Below the pieces are notes generated by a model. It worked only from the letters and a program-made list of their open reading frames with translations. It made no database searches and was not told the origin of the DNA. Both the position numbers and the translations under genes were made by a program. A stretch of DNA of 64,000 nucleotides from Thermoproteota archaeon (GTDB lineage Archaea > Korarchaeota > JAOZGF01 > JAOZFZ01), in contig JAOZFT010000004.1 of the NCBI GenBank assembly GCA_027492035.1, positions 602,449 through 666,448 of the forward strand, given 5' to 3'. Of this stretch, positions 10,308 through 20,153 are shown one piece after another. The number at the start of each line of letters is the position of its first letter. Position 1 is the first letter of the stretch.

Positions 10308-11175
10308 GTGTTTTCACCACGGCTTCTTTCATTTTCTTTAAAGGGGGTTTTTTTCCAGTCCATATTTTGAAAGAAGCTGCACCTTGCCCAACCAACATGT
10401 CTAATCCGTTTATTACTTCAGCCCCTTTTTCTTCAGCTAAGTGGAGAGTTTTAGTCTTTAATGGATTGTATATTACATCGAAAACTGTGTGGTATGGTTG
10501 AAAAAGATTTTTCGGGATCAATGATTCTTCAGTGTTTGGGTACATGCCTACAGGTGTAGCGTTAACAATTAAATCAGATTTAGGGATTGCTTTTTTGAGT
10601 GAGTTCATGTTTAGTTTTTCAGCTTCCAAAACAGTTTCTCCCCCTTTTAGTTTATTGAAGAACTTAATAAGTTCTTTCGCTCTTTCAACTGTTCTGTTAA
10701 GCACAATTATTTTTTCAACATTTTCTTTGATCAAGAAATAAATTACTGCTTTTGCAGCTCCTCCAGCCCCCAAAACAACAGCCCTTTTATTCTTCACTTT
10801 AATTTTACGCTTTCTAAAAGTGGCTTCCACGCCTTCAACATCTGTGTTGAAACCTATTAACTCACCATTCCTGTTCAGTACAGTGTTCACTGCTTTCATT
10901 TGTTGTGCCGATTCATCTAAGTCATCAAGGTAACGCATAATTTCTTCCTTGTAAGGTATTGTTACGTTAAATCCCCCAACTCCCAACCCCCTTAATCCCT
11001 CCACAACCTTTCTAAGCATGATCCTTTCAATATTGAACGCTAAATATACTCTGTTCATTTTCAACTCTTTGAAAGCTTCATTTTGCATTAGAGGGGAGAG
11101 GGAGTGGTTAACAGGTAACCCTATTAAACAATAAAGTGTAGGTGGCCTATTACTCTGTTCTACTGGCCAGAACAT
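10285..11175 (-). CDS. aroE: Shikimate dehydrogenase
   Basis: HSLSPLMQN, NVTIPYK, AVNT, NTDVEG, GAGGAA, NATPVG. Confidence 0.97.
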   Translation of the reverse strand: MFWPVEQSNRPPTLYCLIGLPVNHSLSPLMQNEAFKELKMNRVYLAFNIERIMLRKVVEGLRGLGVGGFNVTIPYKEEIMRYLDDLDESAQQMKAVNTVLNRNGELIGFNTDVEGVEATFRKRKIKVKNKRAVVLGAGGAAKAVIYFLIKENVEKIIVLNRTVERAKELIKFFNKLKGGETVLEAEKLNMNSLKKAIPKSDLIVNATPVGMYPNTEESLIPKNLFQPYHTVFDVIYNPLKTKTLHLAEEKGAEVINGLDMLVGQGAASFKIWTGKKPPLKKMKEAVVKTLEKGFER

Positions 11176-11857
11176 TTAGAAAACCTCTTAACTCATTGAT
11201 GGAGGGCTGTCCAGGAGCTGCTTTTTCATTCGGTAATGAGCAGTATGTGAAGGGAGCGCCTAAATAAACACCTAAAACTCTTGAAATTAAACCTAAACTG
11301 CCCATGCAGAAAGCTATTAATTTCTTCCTTTTCACCTTGTACAGGTTCAAAATTTTCAGGTTGTCGCTTGTTTCTTTGGCAAATGTAACAATTTTCGCAA
11401 TGTCCCCTTTACTTTCTGCATCTTTTAACTTTTCATTAAGTGATCCTTCTTCAGGAGTCCCTGTGAAGTCATGGTGTGAAGCAATAACCTCTACTCCTTT
11501 TTCATCCATTAAGTCTAGGAGTGAAGGATTATCTTTTATGGTTTCAATTTCTAAATCGAAGAAGTGAGGGCTAAGCTCCGTTACTTTTCTCACAATTTCT
11601 AGCCTTTCCTTTTCCTGTCCCCTAAAATAACCTCCTTCCTCCTTTCTTCTAACTGTAAAAATAAACTTTGTCTCTTCTCCAAAATCGTGCAGTGTTTCAG
11701 CTATCTCTGAAAAGTTTTTTGATTCTTTAAAATTGAAAATGTCCCACCTAACCTCAACGTATTTGACACGGTATTTTCCTGTTTTTGAAAGCAGAAACTT
11801 GAGCTGTCCAGTTTTTTCAGGCATTAATGTAACACAAATTTTATCTGTAAGGTTCAT
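11150..11857 (-). CDS. aroD: Type I 3-dehydroquinate dehydratase
   Basis: EVRWD, FTVRRKEEGG, SHHDF, AKIV, MGSLGLISR, APGQ. Confidence 0.95.
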   Translation of the reverse strand: MNLTDKICVTLMPEKTGQLKFLLSKTGKYRVKYVEVRWDIFNFKESKNFSEIAETLHDFGEETKFIFTVRRKEEGGYFRGQEKERLEIVRKVTELSPHFFDLEIETIKDNPSLLDLMDEKGVEVIASHHDFTGTPEEGSLNEKLKDAESKGDIAKIVTFAKETSDNLKILNLYKVKRKKLIAFCMGSLGLISRVLGVYLGAPFTYCSLPNEKAAPGQPSINELRGFLNVLASRTE

Positions 11858-11869
11858 TCTTGACTTCCT

Positions 11870-12925
11870 TTATTTTTCAAGAATAAACTCTTCAACTTCC
11901 ACACCGAAATGTCTAGCTTTTTTCTGAGAAAAATAAACAAGTACTTTGTCTCCCTTTCTTATTTTCTTGACTGAAACTGGGTTTCCATCTTTATTGACTA
12001 AATTTACTGTTTCAGCGTTTTGAAGAAGAATAGAGCCTGTTTCTTCCCCCGTTTTAGCTTTCAGCATTATTAATGGCCTTTTCTCTATTTTCACCCTTCC
12101 GACTACCACCTTCTCTGATTCACCCTTGAAATTAACAGTTAACACTTCATCCCCGCTTTTTAACTCAGACAGGTACTTTGTCCTGTTTTCATCCACTAAA
12201 ATGTAGCTATGAATTGGTCCTGCATTAACTCTGAATGGTCTGGTTTCTACAAAGGGATTTTCAATTGTTTCGCTGTGTACAAGGAAAAGGAAATTCCCTT
12301 GGTTACCTACAAGCATTCCTTCTCCCTTGTTTAGCATTGTTACAGTGTCAACACATGCTCTGTCACCTAAACCTGTCTCTTTAACTTCAAAAACTTCTGC
12401 CTCCACTAATTTTAATTTTTTAACGCTTTTTATTTGTGAAAACAGGGTTTCAAGTTCACTTTTGTTTCTAATAGGCACAATCACCCCGTCAACCCCCTTC
12501 TCCAGTATAGTTAATAATGTACCTATCTTTTCTTTACCTTTCTCAACATAGATTTTTGTTCCTTTTTTCTGTAATTTAGCGATTAAGTTTTCAATTGGAA
12601 TTATTCTCCAGTTTAGCAGTTCCAGTATCACTGACTCAGCCCCCTCTTCTGCAGCCTCCACAACTTTTGCTTCCTCTTCCCCCTTCTCTATTTTTAAAGA
12701 AACAGAAAATTTCTTAACTTGCGGATCAACTTCTCTTTTGTTTCTGTAAACCACTACGTCTGCCTTCTTTGAAGGTGAAATTATTGTGGCTCCCTCTATC
12801 CTTCTTTCTCTGATTTCTTCAATGTAGAACTTGTCCACGCCATGTTTCATGGCCTCTTCAACTATAGGGACTGTTTCCTCAGTTAAACAAGGCAGTTTAA
12901 TAATTATCTTTCCAAGTTTATTCAT
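11870..12925 (-). CDS. aroB': 3-dehydroquinate synthase II (archaeal alternative pathway)
   Basis: [39 protein letters not shown]; start taken at ATG 12925. Confidence 0.95.
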   Translation of the reverse strand: MNKLGKIIIKLPCLTEETVPIVEEAMKHGVDKFYIEEIRERRIEGATIISPSKKADVVVYRNKREVDPQVKKFSVSLKIEKGEEEAKVVEAAEEGAESVILELLNWRIIPIENLIAKLQKKGTKIYVEKGKEKIGTLLTILEKGVDGVIVPIRNKSELETLFSQIKSVKKLKLVEAEVFEVKETGLGDRACVDTVTMLNKGEGMLVGNQGNFLFLVHSETIENPFVETRPFRVNAGPIHSYILVDENRTKYLSELKSGDEVLTVNFKGESEKVVVGRVKIEKRPLIMLKAKTGEETGSILLQNAETVNLVNKDGNPVSVKKIRKGDKVLVYFSQKKARHFGVEVEEFILEK

Positions 12926-13706
12926 TTTTGAAAGCCTCCAAAGCCTCCTTAACCGATGCATTTTCTAAAATTATCATTCTTAAACATTTGAGAAGTAAAG
13001 TTGGATTTTCAGCTTGGAAAATGTTTCTTCCAAAAGTTATTCCTGCAGCTCCAGCATCCATGGCTCCTTTAACCATTTTGAAAACATCCTCAACTGTTTC
13101 TTGTTTAGGTCCACCTGCAATCACCACAGGAACTAAACTTGATTCAACAACCTTTTTGAAACTTGCAACAGTTCCTGTATACGTTGTTTTAACTATGTCT
13201 GCACCAAGTTCCCCAGCTATCCTTGTTATGTGTGAAACAGTTGAAGGACTGAACTTATCTTTTATCTTTTCTCCTCTTGCATACATCATAGCTATCAATG
13301 GTAAACCGAACCTGTCACATTCATCAGCAACCCTTCCTAATTTAACAAGCATTTCATGTTCATTTTTTGCACCTATGTTTACATGTACAGAAACCGCGTC
13401 AGCTCCTAACCTTATAGCTTCCTCTATAGATGAAACTTGAACCTTAAAATTCGGTTTTAAACTTAAATCCGTGCTTGCTGACAAATGCATTATCAACCCT
13501 AGATTTGGCGGTTTTTCTAAGTTTCTTAGAACTCCTTTATGAACAATTATTGACGTTGCTCCTCCTTTCTCAATTTTTTCTATGGTTCCATATATCTCCT
13601 TCAACCCTTTAATTGGTCCCATACTTACTCCGTGATCCATGGGTACACAGATCATTTTTCCGTTCTCAGTTATCCTGCCTAAACGAATTATTTTTCCTAT
13701 ACACAT
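12918..13706 (-). CDS. aroA': 2-amino-3,7-dideoxy-D-threo-hept-6-ulosonate (ADH) synthase, DhnA-type aldolase
   Basis: VPMDHG, HLSAST, MMYARG, GADIVKT (Schiff-base Lys), AGG, GRNIFQ; adjacent to aroB'. Confidence 0.92.
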   Translation of the reverse strand: MCIGKIIRLGRITENGKMICVPMDHGVSMGPIKGLKEIYGTIEKIEKGGATSIIVHKGVLRNLEKPPNLGLIMHLSASTDLSLKPNFKVQVSSIEEAIRLGADAVSVHVNIGAKNEHEMLVKLGRVADECDRFGLPLIAMMYARGEKIKDKFSPSTVSHITRIAGELGADIVKTTYTGTVASFKKVVESSLVPVVIAGGPKQETVEDVFKMVKGAMDAGAAGITFGRNIFQAENPTLLLKCLRMIILENASVKEALEAFKNE

Positions 13707-13723
13707 TTCACTGACACTTCCAC

Positions 13724-14779
13724 CTATATGAAGCCTTTAACTTTCATTAACTCAGCTAAAAGTAGAACACATCCTGCAGCCCCCCTTATTGTATTATGTA
13801 CAAGTAAAGAGAAGAGTAATGTTTTCTCGTTTTTTCCATACCTTAACCTGCCGATTGTAACTGACATTCCTGGAACAGAGCCAGCTAACTTGTCAAATCT
13901 AGGTTGAGGTCTGTCTTTTTCTTCTCTAATTATTAACGGTTTTTCCGGTGCCGTAGGTAATTTCAGTTTCTGCGGTTCACCTATGAAATTCCTTATTTCC
14001 TCCTTTACTTCATCTAAATCAACTTTTTCCGACAGTTCCAAGTAAACATTTTCTAAATGTCCATCTTTAACAGGTACTCGGTTACATGAAGCATGTATCT
14101 TTACATTGTAATCTTTGAAGGAGTTGTTTTCAAGTCTTCCAAGTATTTTCCTTGTTTCATTCCCTATCTTTTCCTCTTCTTTTTCTATGTAAGGAATTAC
14201 ATTATCTATTATATCTAGTGAAGAAACTCCTGGGTAACCTGCCCCTGAAACAGCCTGTAAAGTGTTAACTACAACTTTTTCTACTCTGTACAAGTTTGTT
14301 ATCGGCTTCAAAGCCAGAGATAAACCAACTGTTGAACAGTTAGGGTCAGTAACTATGAAGCCTTCTGTTCCCAGTTCTCTCTTTTGTGCATCAATCACTT
14401 CAAGATGTTCAGGGTTAACTTCGGGTATAACTAATGGAACCATTTCATGGAGCCTGTAGGCGCTTGCGTTGCTTAAAACAGGGAACCCTTCCTTTGCAAA
14501 CTTAATTTCTACCTCCTTGGCTGCAGAGGATGGTAAGGACGAAAAAACAATGTCTACATCTAAATCTTTAGTGTTCACAGCCGAAATGTTCTTCTCTTTT
14601 ATTTCTTCAGGCAATTCGGTTGGTAACAGCCAGTTAACAGCTTCTCCATACCTTTTGCCGGCTGAACTGTAGCCGAACAATGTTTCTAGTTCAAAATAGG
14701 AGTGCTTATTTAACATGTCAACAAATCTTTGGCCAACTGCACCTGTCGCCCCTAGCAAAGCTACCTTCATCTTTCCCAT
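13724..14779 (-). CDS. asd: Aspartate-semialdehyde dehydrogenase
   Basis: GATGAVGQ, PNCS, QAVSGAG, CNRVPV, HNTIRGAAG. Confidence 0.97.
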   Translation of the reverse strand: MGKMKVALLGATGAVGQRFVDMLNKHSYFELETLFGYSSAGKRYGEAVNWLLPTELPEEIKEKNISAVNTKDLDVDIVFSSLPSSAAKEVEIKFAKEGFPVLSNASAYRLHEMVPLVIPEVNPEHLEVIDAQKRELGTEGFIVTDPNCSTVGLSLALKPITNLYRVEKVVVNTLQAVSGAGYPGVSSLDIIDNVIPYIEKEEEKIGNETRKILGRLENNSFKDYNVKIHASCNRVPVKDGHLENVYLELSEKVDLDEVKEEIRNFIGEPQKLKLPTAPEKPLIIREEKDRPQPRFDKLAGSVPGMSVTIGRLRYGKNEKTLLFSLLVHNTIRGAAGCVLLLAELMKVKGFI

Positions 14780-14780
14780 T

Positions 14781-16007
14781 TCATCTTTCACCAAACTTTC
14801 TCCTTAATAAGTTTAAAGCCTCCCTCCTTCTACTCCAAGGTACGAAAAGCCTGATTGAGGAATGGATTGTAAGTAAACCAAAAACATTTATCTTAGCCTC
14901 AGCTAAAGGCGAAACTGCTCTAGCTATAACTCCAGGTGTCGTCTCAAGTTTTTTACCTTTTAAAGTAACTAGTGCTAAATTCTCTATTGTTGAAATAGCC
15001 TTGACAGCATTTTCCCTTCCTCTGTTGTCTATTACTTCATGTAATTTATTCAAGATTTCACTGGGGTTTCCATCAACATAGAAAATAACTGCCTTCTCCT
15101 CTGTTGAAATCGCAAGTATTTTCCCTTTGCTTAACTGAACCTTTTCAGTTAAAACTTTGAGGGTTTCAGGCTTACTTGCAGCTTTCCCTACCACCGTCAC
15201 CATGCAAACCGGTTTATTATAGCTTGTTAAACTGAAACTTAAAGCATCTCCCTCAATTACAGTTCCTCCATTCGTTAAGGATCCGTTGCTGATTCCTACA
15301 ATCCTTATCTTCATTCCCTTAAGTATATACTTCAAAGCCTTGTTAGCTATAACCTTTGCTCCACTTAAAGTTAAATAAGAAGCTTCTTCCACATTTATTT
15401 TGTTAAGTAATTTAGCGTTTTTCACTTTAGCCGGATCTGCAGTATAAAAGCCTTCAACATCCTTGACTAAAACAACTTCTTTCAAACCTAAACAGCTTGC
15501 AAGAACAACAGCAGTTAAGTCACTGCCTCCTCTACCCATAGTAGTTATTTCTCCCTTTTCTGTTTTGCCTAAGAAGCCACAAATTACAATATTATATCCT
15601 TTCTCAAGTAAAGGCTTAAACTCGTTTCGAATTTTCAATTTACATTTCTTTATTAACGGGTTTGCGTTACCGAAAACATTGTCTGTTATTATTGGCCAAA
15701 GTTTAGATGAAGGAGTAATTAATTCTATTTTTACATTCATTGTTTTCAAAGTGGAGTAAAGCAGTTTAGCAGCTAACTCTTCACCAGAAGACATAACTAA
15801 ATCCATGTCTCTCTTAGAGACTTCTTTAAAAGATGCTTTTTCAGCTAATTCAATGAGGCTGTCGGTCATGTTCTTTAAAGCTGAAACAACAATTACCAGT
15901 CTCTTCCCTCCATCAACCTCCCTTTTTACTAGTTCCGCAACTTTCCTTATTGATTTCCAGTCGGTTAGCACAGAACCTCCGAACTTAACCACTGATAAGT
16001 TCTTCAC
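14781..16007 (-). CDS. lysC: Aspartate kinase
   Basis: VVKFGGS, GRGGSD, KDVEGFYTADP, C-terminal ACT domains; GTG at 16007 follows a GGAGG SD (ORF track starts at 16022). Confidence 0.95.
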   Translation of the reverse strand: MKNLSVVKFGGSVLTDWKSIRKVAELVKREVDGGKRLVIVVSALKNMTDSLIELAEKASFKEVSKRDMDLVMSSGEELAAKLLYSTLKTMNVKIELITPSSKLWPIITDNVFGNANPLIKKCKLKIRNEFKPLLEKGYNIVICGFLGKTEKGEITTMGRGGSDLTAVVLASCLGLKEVVLVKDVEGFYTADPAKVKNAKLLNKINVEEASYLTLSGAKVIANKALKYILKGMKIRIVGISNGSLTNGGTVIEGDALSFSLTSYNKPVCMVTVVGKAASKPETLKVLTEKVQLSKGKILAISTEEKAVIFYVDGNPSEILNKLHEVIDNRGRENAVKAISTIENLALVTLKGKKLETTPGVIARAVSPLAEAKINVFGLLTIHSSIRLFVPWSRRREALNLLRRKFGER

Positions 16008-16102
16008 AGAAACCTCCTCCAAAACTATTTATTGTTAAGGAAAAGACTGTGTTGTAAATGAGAAGTCTAAAAAAAGAAGCAGCATAATCTTGGCCATTTA
16101 AG

Positions 16103-16115
16103 TTGTTCAGAACAA
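16103..16115. promoter_or_regulatory. Palindromic operator candidate TTGTTC-A-GAACAA upstream of the lysC-aro operon
   Basis: Perfect 6-1-6 inverted repeat just downstream (minus strand) of TATA-like TTTATTA at about 16126-16132. Confidence 0.4.
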
Positions 16116-16497
16116 TTCCTTTAAGTAATAAACCCTTAAGTCTAGTTCTTCCTGTTTTTCTTACCAGTAATGAATTAACTCTTTCACAAACAATACGTAT
16201 CCCCCTTCGAAAGCACTGACTTACTGGGGTTATAAACTTTACCGCCTCTCATAAAAACCAAAACCCCTTTTTCCATGTCTCCTTCAAAAATAATGAGAAA
16301 GTAGTCGGAAAAATGTTTTTAATTCCTTTATAAATTTTACGTTTTTTGAAGCAATAAGCACCTTTATTATCATCTATGTACTTTTTAAAACAAAAATCCT
16401 TGGCTATACCAACTCTTATGCGAAAACGTTGCAAAGAGGATGTGATAATTAAACAACCATTAATAACCCTTAAACCATATTTTTATCAAGCTAAGAA

Positions 16498-17513
16498 CTA
16501 AGCAACGCATTTGTTGAAACATGCCTTCTCATAATTTCTTAAATCCTTCTTACATAATTTTTTATTTTTTCCATGTCTTACTCTCTCCTTCTCCATCCCA
16601 ATATTATAAGCACAAATTAAATAATACATTATCCACCCGGAGAATTTACTCCATCTTTCCGCAAATTTTCTAACAATATCACCTGATTGAAGTTTTCCAC
16701 TGAAATAGAAGTGTGAAACTGCTTTTCTAGCTCTTGGATCATCTGGGACGCAGAGATTCATTCTGCCCAATGTCGTTACCAATACCGTTTCTGCAGTCCA
16801 CCCTCCAACTCCTTTGAATTTCATCAATTCTTCAATTGCGTCTTCGCCATTCATCTTTTTAAGCTTCTCCAAATCATATCCTTCAGTAATTTTTAACGCC
16901 AATTCTTTGATATATCTTGATTTTTGAAGAGATAATTTACATTTCCTCAATTCGTTTTCGTCAACCTTTGCCAATGTTTGGGGTGAGGAGAAATTATAAT
17001 ATGACTCGCCGTTAGTTTCGTCTTCTCCCCAAATATCTTAACTAAGGCTCCAGTTATTGCATAGGCTGCCCGTAAAGAAATCTGCTGCTGAATTATTACC
17101 CTAATTGCTCCCTCGAACATGCTTGCTCCAATTCCAGGTGATCTAAGGCCATAAAGTTTATCCTTTACCTCACAAAAGCGTTTCATCTTGGCTCATGAAC
17201 CTATACTGCTCCTCAAGGTCATCCCTTAATCTGAAAATATCTGTAACCTTCCCTAATAAATGCTTTTCTCTTCCGCATCTAACTTAGAGAACACATTAAT
17301 CCTTAATTTTGGTTTTTCCACTGTGCCAATGGAAACAACTATCTCAGTTATTTTCCCTTTCAATAAATTAATTCTTTCAATTAAGCCTTGTCTCCAATTT
17401 ACTTCCCGTTCAATACCTTCTTTGTTATTTCGTCCAACTTGTTCCTTATATCCTCCTTTAAGTACCAGGCTAGCCTTGGAAAGATACTCACCTTCCACTA
17501 AAACCTCTTCCAT
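16498..17513 (-). pseudogene. alkA: DNA-3-methyladenine glycosylase (AlkA family) pseudogene with at least 3 frameshifts
   Basis: Successive frames give N-term...KVTDIFRLRDDLEE / LYGLRSP...FEGAIRVIIQQQISLRAA / KSRYIK...HhH LMKFKGVGGWTAE...DD. Confidence 0.85.
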
Positions 17514-17988
17514 ATCAAAAACTTTTTTTCATAATAACCCCCCTTTATGAAAAGATAATTGGTTTTAAAAAGAGAAACATGGAAAAGGCAAAGCTTTTTA
17601 AGAACCATTAAGTAAGCTCTGAAAACGTTTACTGTAAAAAATAAAACGCTTCCTTATAAATAAATGGATTGGTAAGGCATTATCCTCACTTTAAAAAGGC
17701 CTCTCCAAGAAATTGCTTTGTTACAATTCTCTATTTATTTAAAAAGTTTCACGTTTTTACTTTAAACTACCCACTATAAAACTTTTTAAGAACTGGAATC
17801 ATAACTAATCATAACATTGATGCATAAAAATAAAAAAAGGCTTCGAAGGTTCATTGTTAAGTTTACCCTGGATCTTGAAGTAAAAAGGGTTACTTTCGCG
17901 GTTTTTGCTTATCTTTCCCATGGATTCAATAAACTGTTGAAGCCTGTTCCTTTTAAAATATAGTTGCTTTTTCAGAATAAAATTACCT

Positions 17989-18804
17989 TCACCATTTACT
18001 TTTATAGCTTCCAATTACTTTAATGAATAAAGTATTTTCACGCAAGTCCTTTAATGCTTCAGAAATTTTCCTGTCGCGTAAGTTCCCTTCTATATCAACA
18101 TAGAAAGAATAATTCCACGGCTGATCCTTTATAGGTCTTGACTCTAAATGTAACATGTTAATGTTTCTCTTGGCAAATGCCTCTAAGGCTTTGTAAAGAG
18201 CTCCAGGCTTATGTTCAGTTATAAAAATAAGTGATGTTTTATCGCTGCCATCTGAAATAAACAAATCTCTTCTTAAAATAAAGAATTGGGTGTAATTGTT
18301 TTCTGAGTCTTGGATGTTCTCCCTTAAAACTTTCATGCCGTAGAGTTCGGCAGCATATTTGCTGGCTATGGCTGCTGAATTTCTCTTGCCAGAACTTTTT
18401 ACCTCCATAACACTCCCTGCAGTGTCGAAACTAGGTATTATTTTGAAATTCATTTTTTCAAGGAAGTTTTTACATTGAGATAACGCTTCAGGATGAGAAT
18501 AAACGTATTCTATTTCATTAAGAGAAGATTCCGGGAAACCAATTAATACATGTTCAATTTTCAATGTAACTTCCCCGATTACATAAGCTTCCTCTTCAAA
18601 TAAAAGATCCATTACCTCCCTTATTCCTCCAGTTATGGAGTTACGTATGGGTAACACAGCAAAATCTATCTCCTCATTTTTTAAACCTTCAAATACATCT
18701 CGGAAAGTCTTGTATTGCTTGAACTCTATACTCTCCCTAAAAAATATTTTGGAGGCCTGTTCACTGTAGCAGCCCCTAACTCCTTGGTAACCAATCTTTT
18801 TCAT
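17989..18804 (-). CDS. pheA: Prephenate dehydratase with ACT domain
   Basis: YQGVRGCYSE, SHPEALSQC, DTAGS, NYTQF (TRF-motif variant), ACT HKPGAL...ESRP. Confidence 0.95.
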   Translation of the reverse strand: MKKIGYQGVRGCYSEQASKIFFRESIEFKQYKTFRDVFEGLKNEEIDFAVLPIRNSITGGIREVMDLLFEEEAYVIGEVTLKIEHVLIGFPESSLNEIEYVYSHPEALSQCKNFLEKMNFKIIPSFDTAGSVMEVKSSGKRNSAAIASKYAAELYGMKVLRENIQDSENNYTQFFILRRDLFISDGSDKTSLIFITEHKPGALYKALEAFAKRNINMLHLESRPIKDQPWNYSFYVDIEGNLRDRKISEALKDLRENTLFIKVIGSYKSKW

Positions 18805-18868
18805 TTCTGCCTCCTCGTTCTATACTGTAAAGTTTGGAAGCATTAAGGTGATGTTTAATTTTTTAAAA

Positions 18869-19786
18869 TCAAACAAAAGCAAGCCATTTCCTGTATTTTT
18901 CATCAGCTTCCCTTATCACCCTTAAAAATTCATTTCTCAATTTTTTAGTTACTTCTCCCACTTTGCCGTTCCCTACTTTCCTGTGGTCGATTTCAACTAT
19001 GGGTGTTATTTCAGCAGCTGTTCCCGTAAAGAAAACCTCATCGGCAGTGAAAAGTTCACTTCTTGTCAAATTCTTCTCCACAACATTAAAACCTAAATTC
19101 TCAGCTATTTCAATCACTGAATCCCTTGTTACACCATGTAAAATAGATGCTTCCAATGGTGGAGTATAAATAACTTCATTCGCCACTACGAATATGTTCT
19201 CTCCTGTACCTTCTGAAACCAGGCCCCTACTGTCAAGCATTATAGCTTCTGTAAACCCTCTTCTGTGAGCTTCCATTGAAGCCAAAATAGAATTAAGGTA
19301 TTGACCTGATGCTTTTGCTTCCATTGGGAGCATAGCATTACTTATCCTTACCCACGAAGAAATCGTACACGTAGCCCCTTTTTCAAAAGCTTCCTCTCCA
19401 AGGTAAGCTCCCCAAGGCCAAACAGCAACAATTACTTCAGTAGGGTTAGATGACGGGTCTAAACTCATTCCTCCTAAACCCTTAAAGGCTAAAGGCCTAA
19501 TATAGCATTCCTCTAACTCATTCACTCTCACAGTTTCTTTAATAATTTCCATAAACTCATCCAAGGAATAAGGAATCTCCATAAAATAAATTTTAGCTGA
19601 ACTAAAAAATCTCTTAACATGCTCCCTTAACCTGAAAACAGCAGGGCCCTTAACTGTTTTATAACATCTAATCCCCTCAAAAACACCCGATCCATAGTGT
19701 AAGCCATGGACAAGAACATGAACTTTTGCTTCATCCCAGTCAACAAATTTGCCGTTCATCCAGATTTTCTTTGTTTTTTCAGGCAA
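18869..19786 (-). CDS. ilvE: Branched-chain amino acid aminotransferase
   Basis: LHYGSGVFEGIR, YIRP, AKASGQY, SEGTGEN, LHGVTR, TGTAAE; TTG at 19786 after GGAGGTGG. Confidence 0.96.
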   Translation of the reverse strand: MPEKTKKIWMNGKFVDWDEAKVHVLVHGLHYGSGVFEGIRCYKTVKGPAVFRLREHVKRFFSSAKIYFMEIPYSLDEFMEIIKETVRVNELEECYIRPLAFKGLGGMSLDPSSNPTEVIVAVWPWGAYLGEEAFEKGATCTISSWVRISNAMLPMEAKASGQYLNSILASMEAHRRGFTEAIMLDSRGLVSEGTGENIFVVANEVIYTPPLEASILHGVTRDSVIEIAENLGFNVVEKNLTRSELFTADEVFFTGTAAEITPIVEIDHRKVGNGKVGEVTKKLRNEFLRVIREADEKYRKWLAFV

Positions 19787-20153
19787 GAAACCACCTCCTG
19801 TCAACCCTTATCACAAAGAAGTTAGCCTTTAAAGTGGAAGGAGCAGCTTTATAAATTTTTCCATTAAATGTTGAAAAAAGTTTTAAAAAGAGCTTCTTTG
19901 TAAATATTTGTCCATTTATTCCTAAAAAGATTAAAACACATGGTTCCTAAAGGTTTTGCAAATTGCCATTTTTCAACCTGAAAAACCCAAAAAACAAAAG
20001 AAAACTTCTACACTTTAATTTATAAAAGAAATTTCTCCTCTTCTTTTTTGAAAATTTTTATATACCAAACAAAATAAATTCTTCCTTAAAACATTTGGAA
20101 AAATTTATGGTAAAATCTTCCTTACACAGAATTCATTCAAAAGGAGCCCTAAA

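Noticed and set aside
16249-16434. 61-aa minus-strand ORF
   Set aside because: No motif or SD; lies between the alkA relic and the lysC promoter
17805-18014. 69-aa ORF overlapping the pheA end
   Set aside because: No motif; likely a chance ORF in an AT-rich spacer
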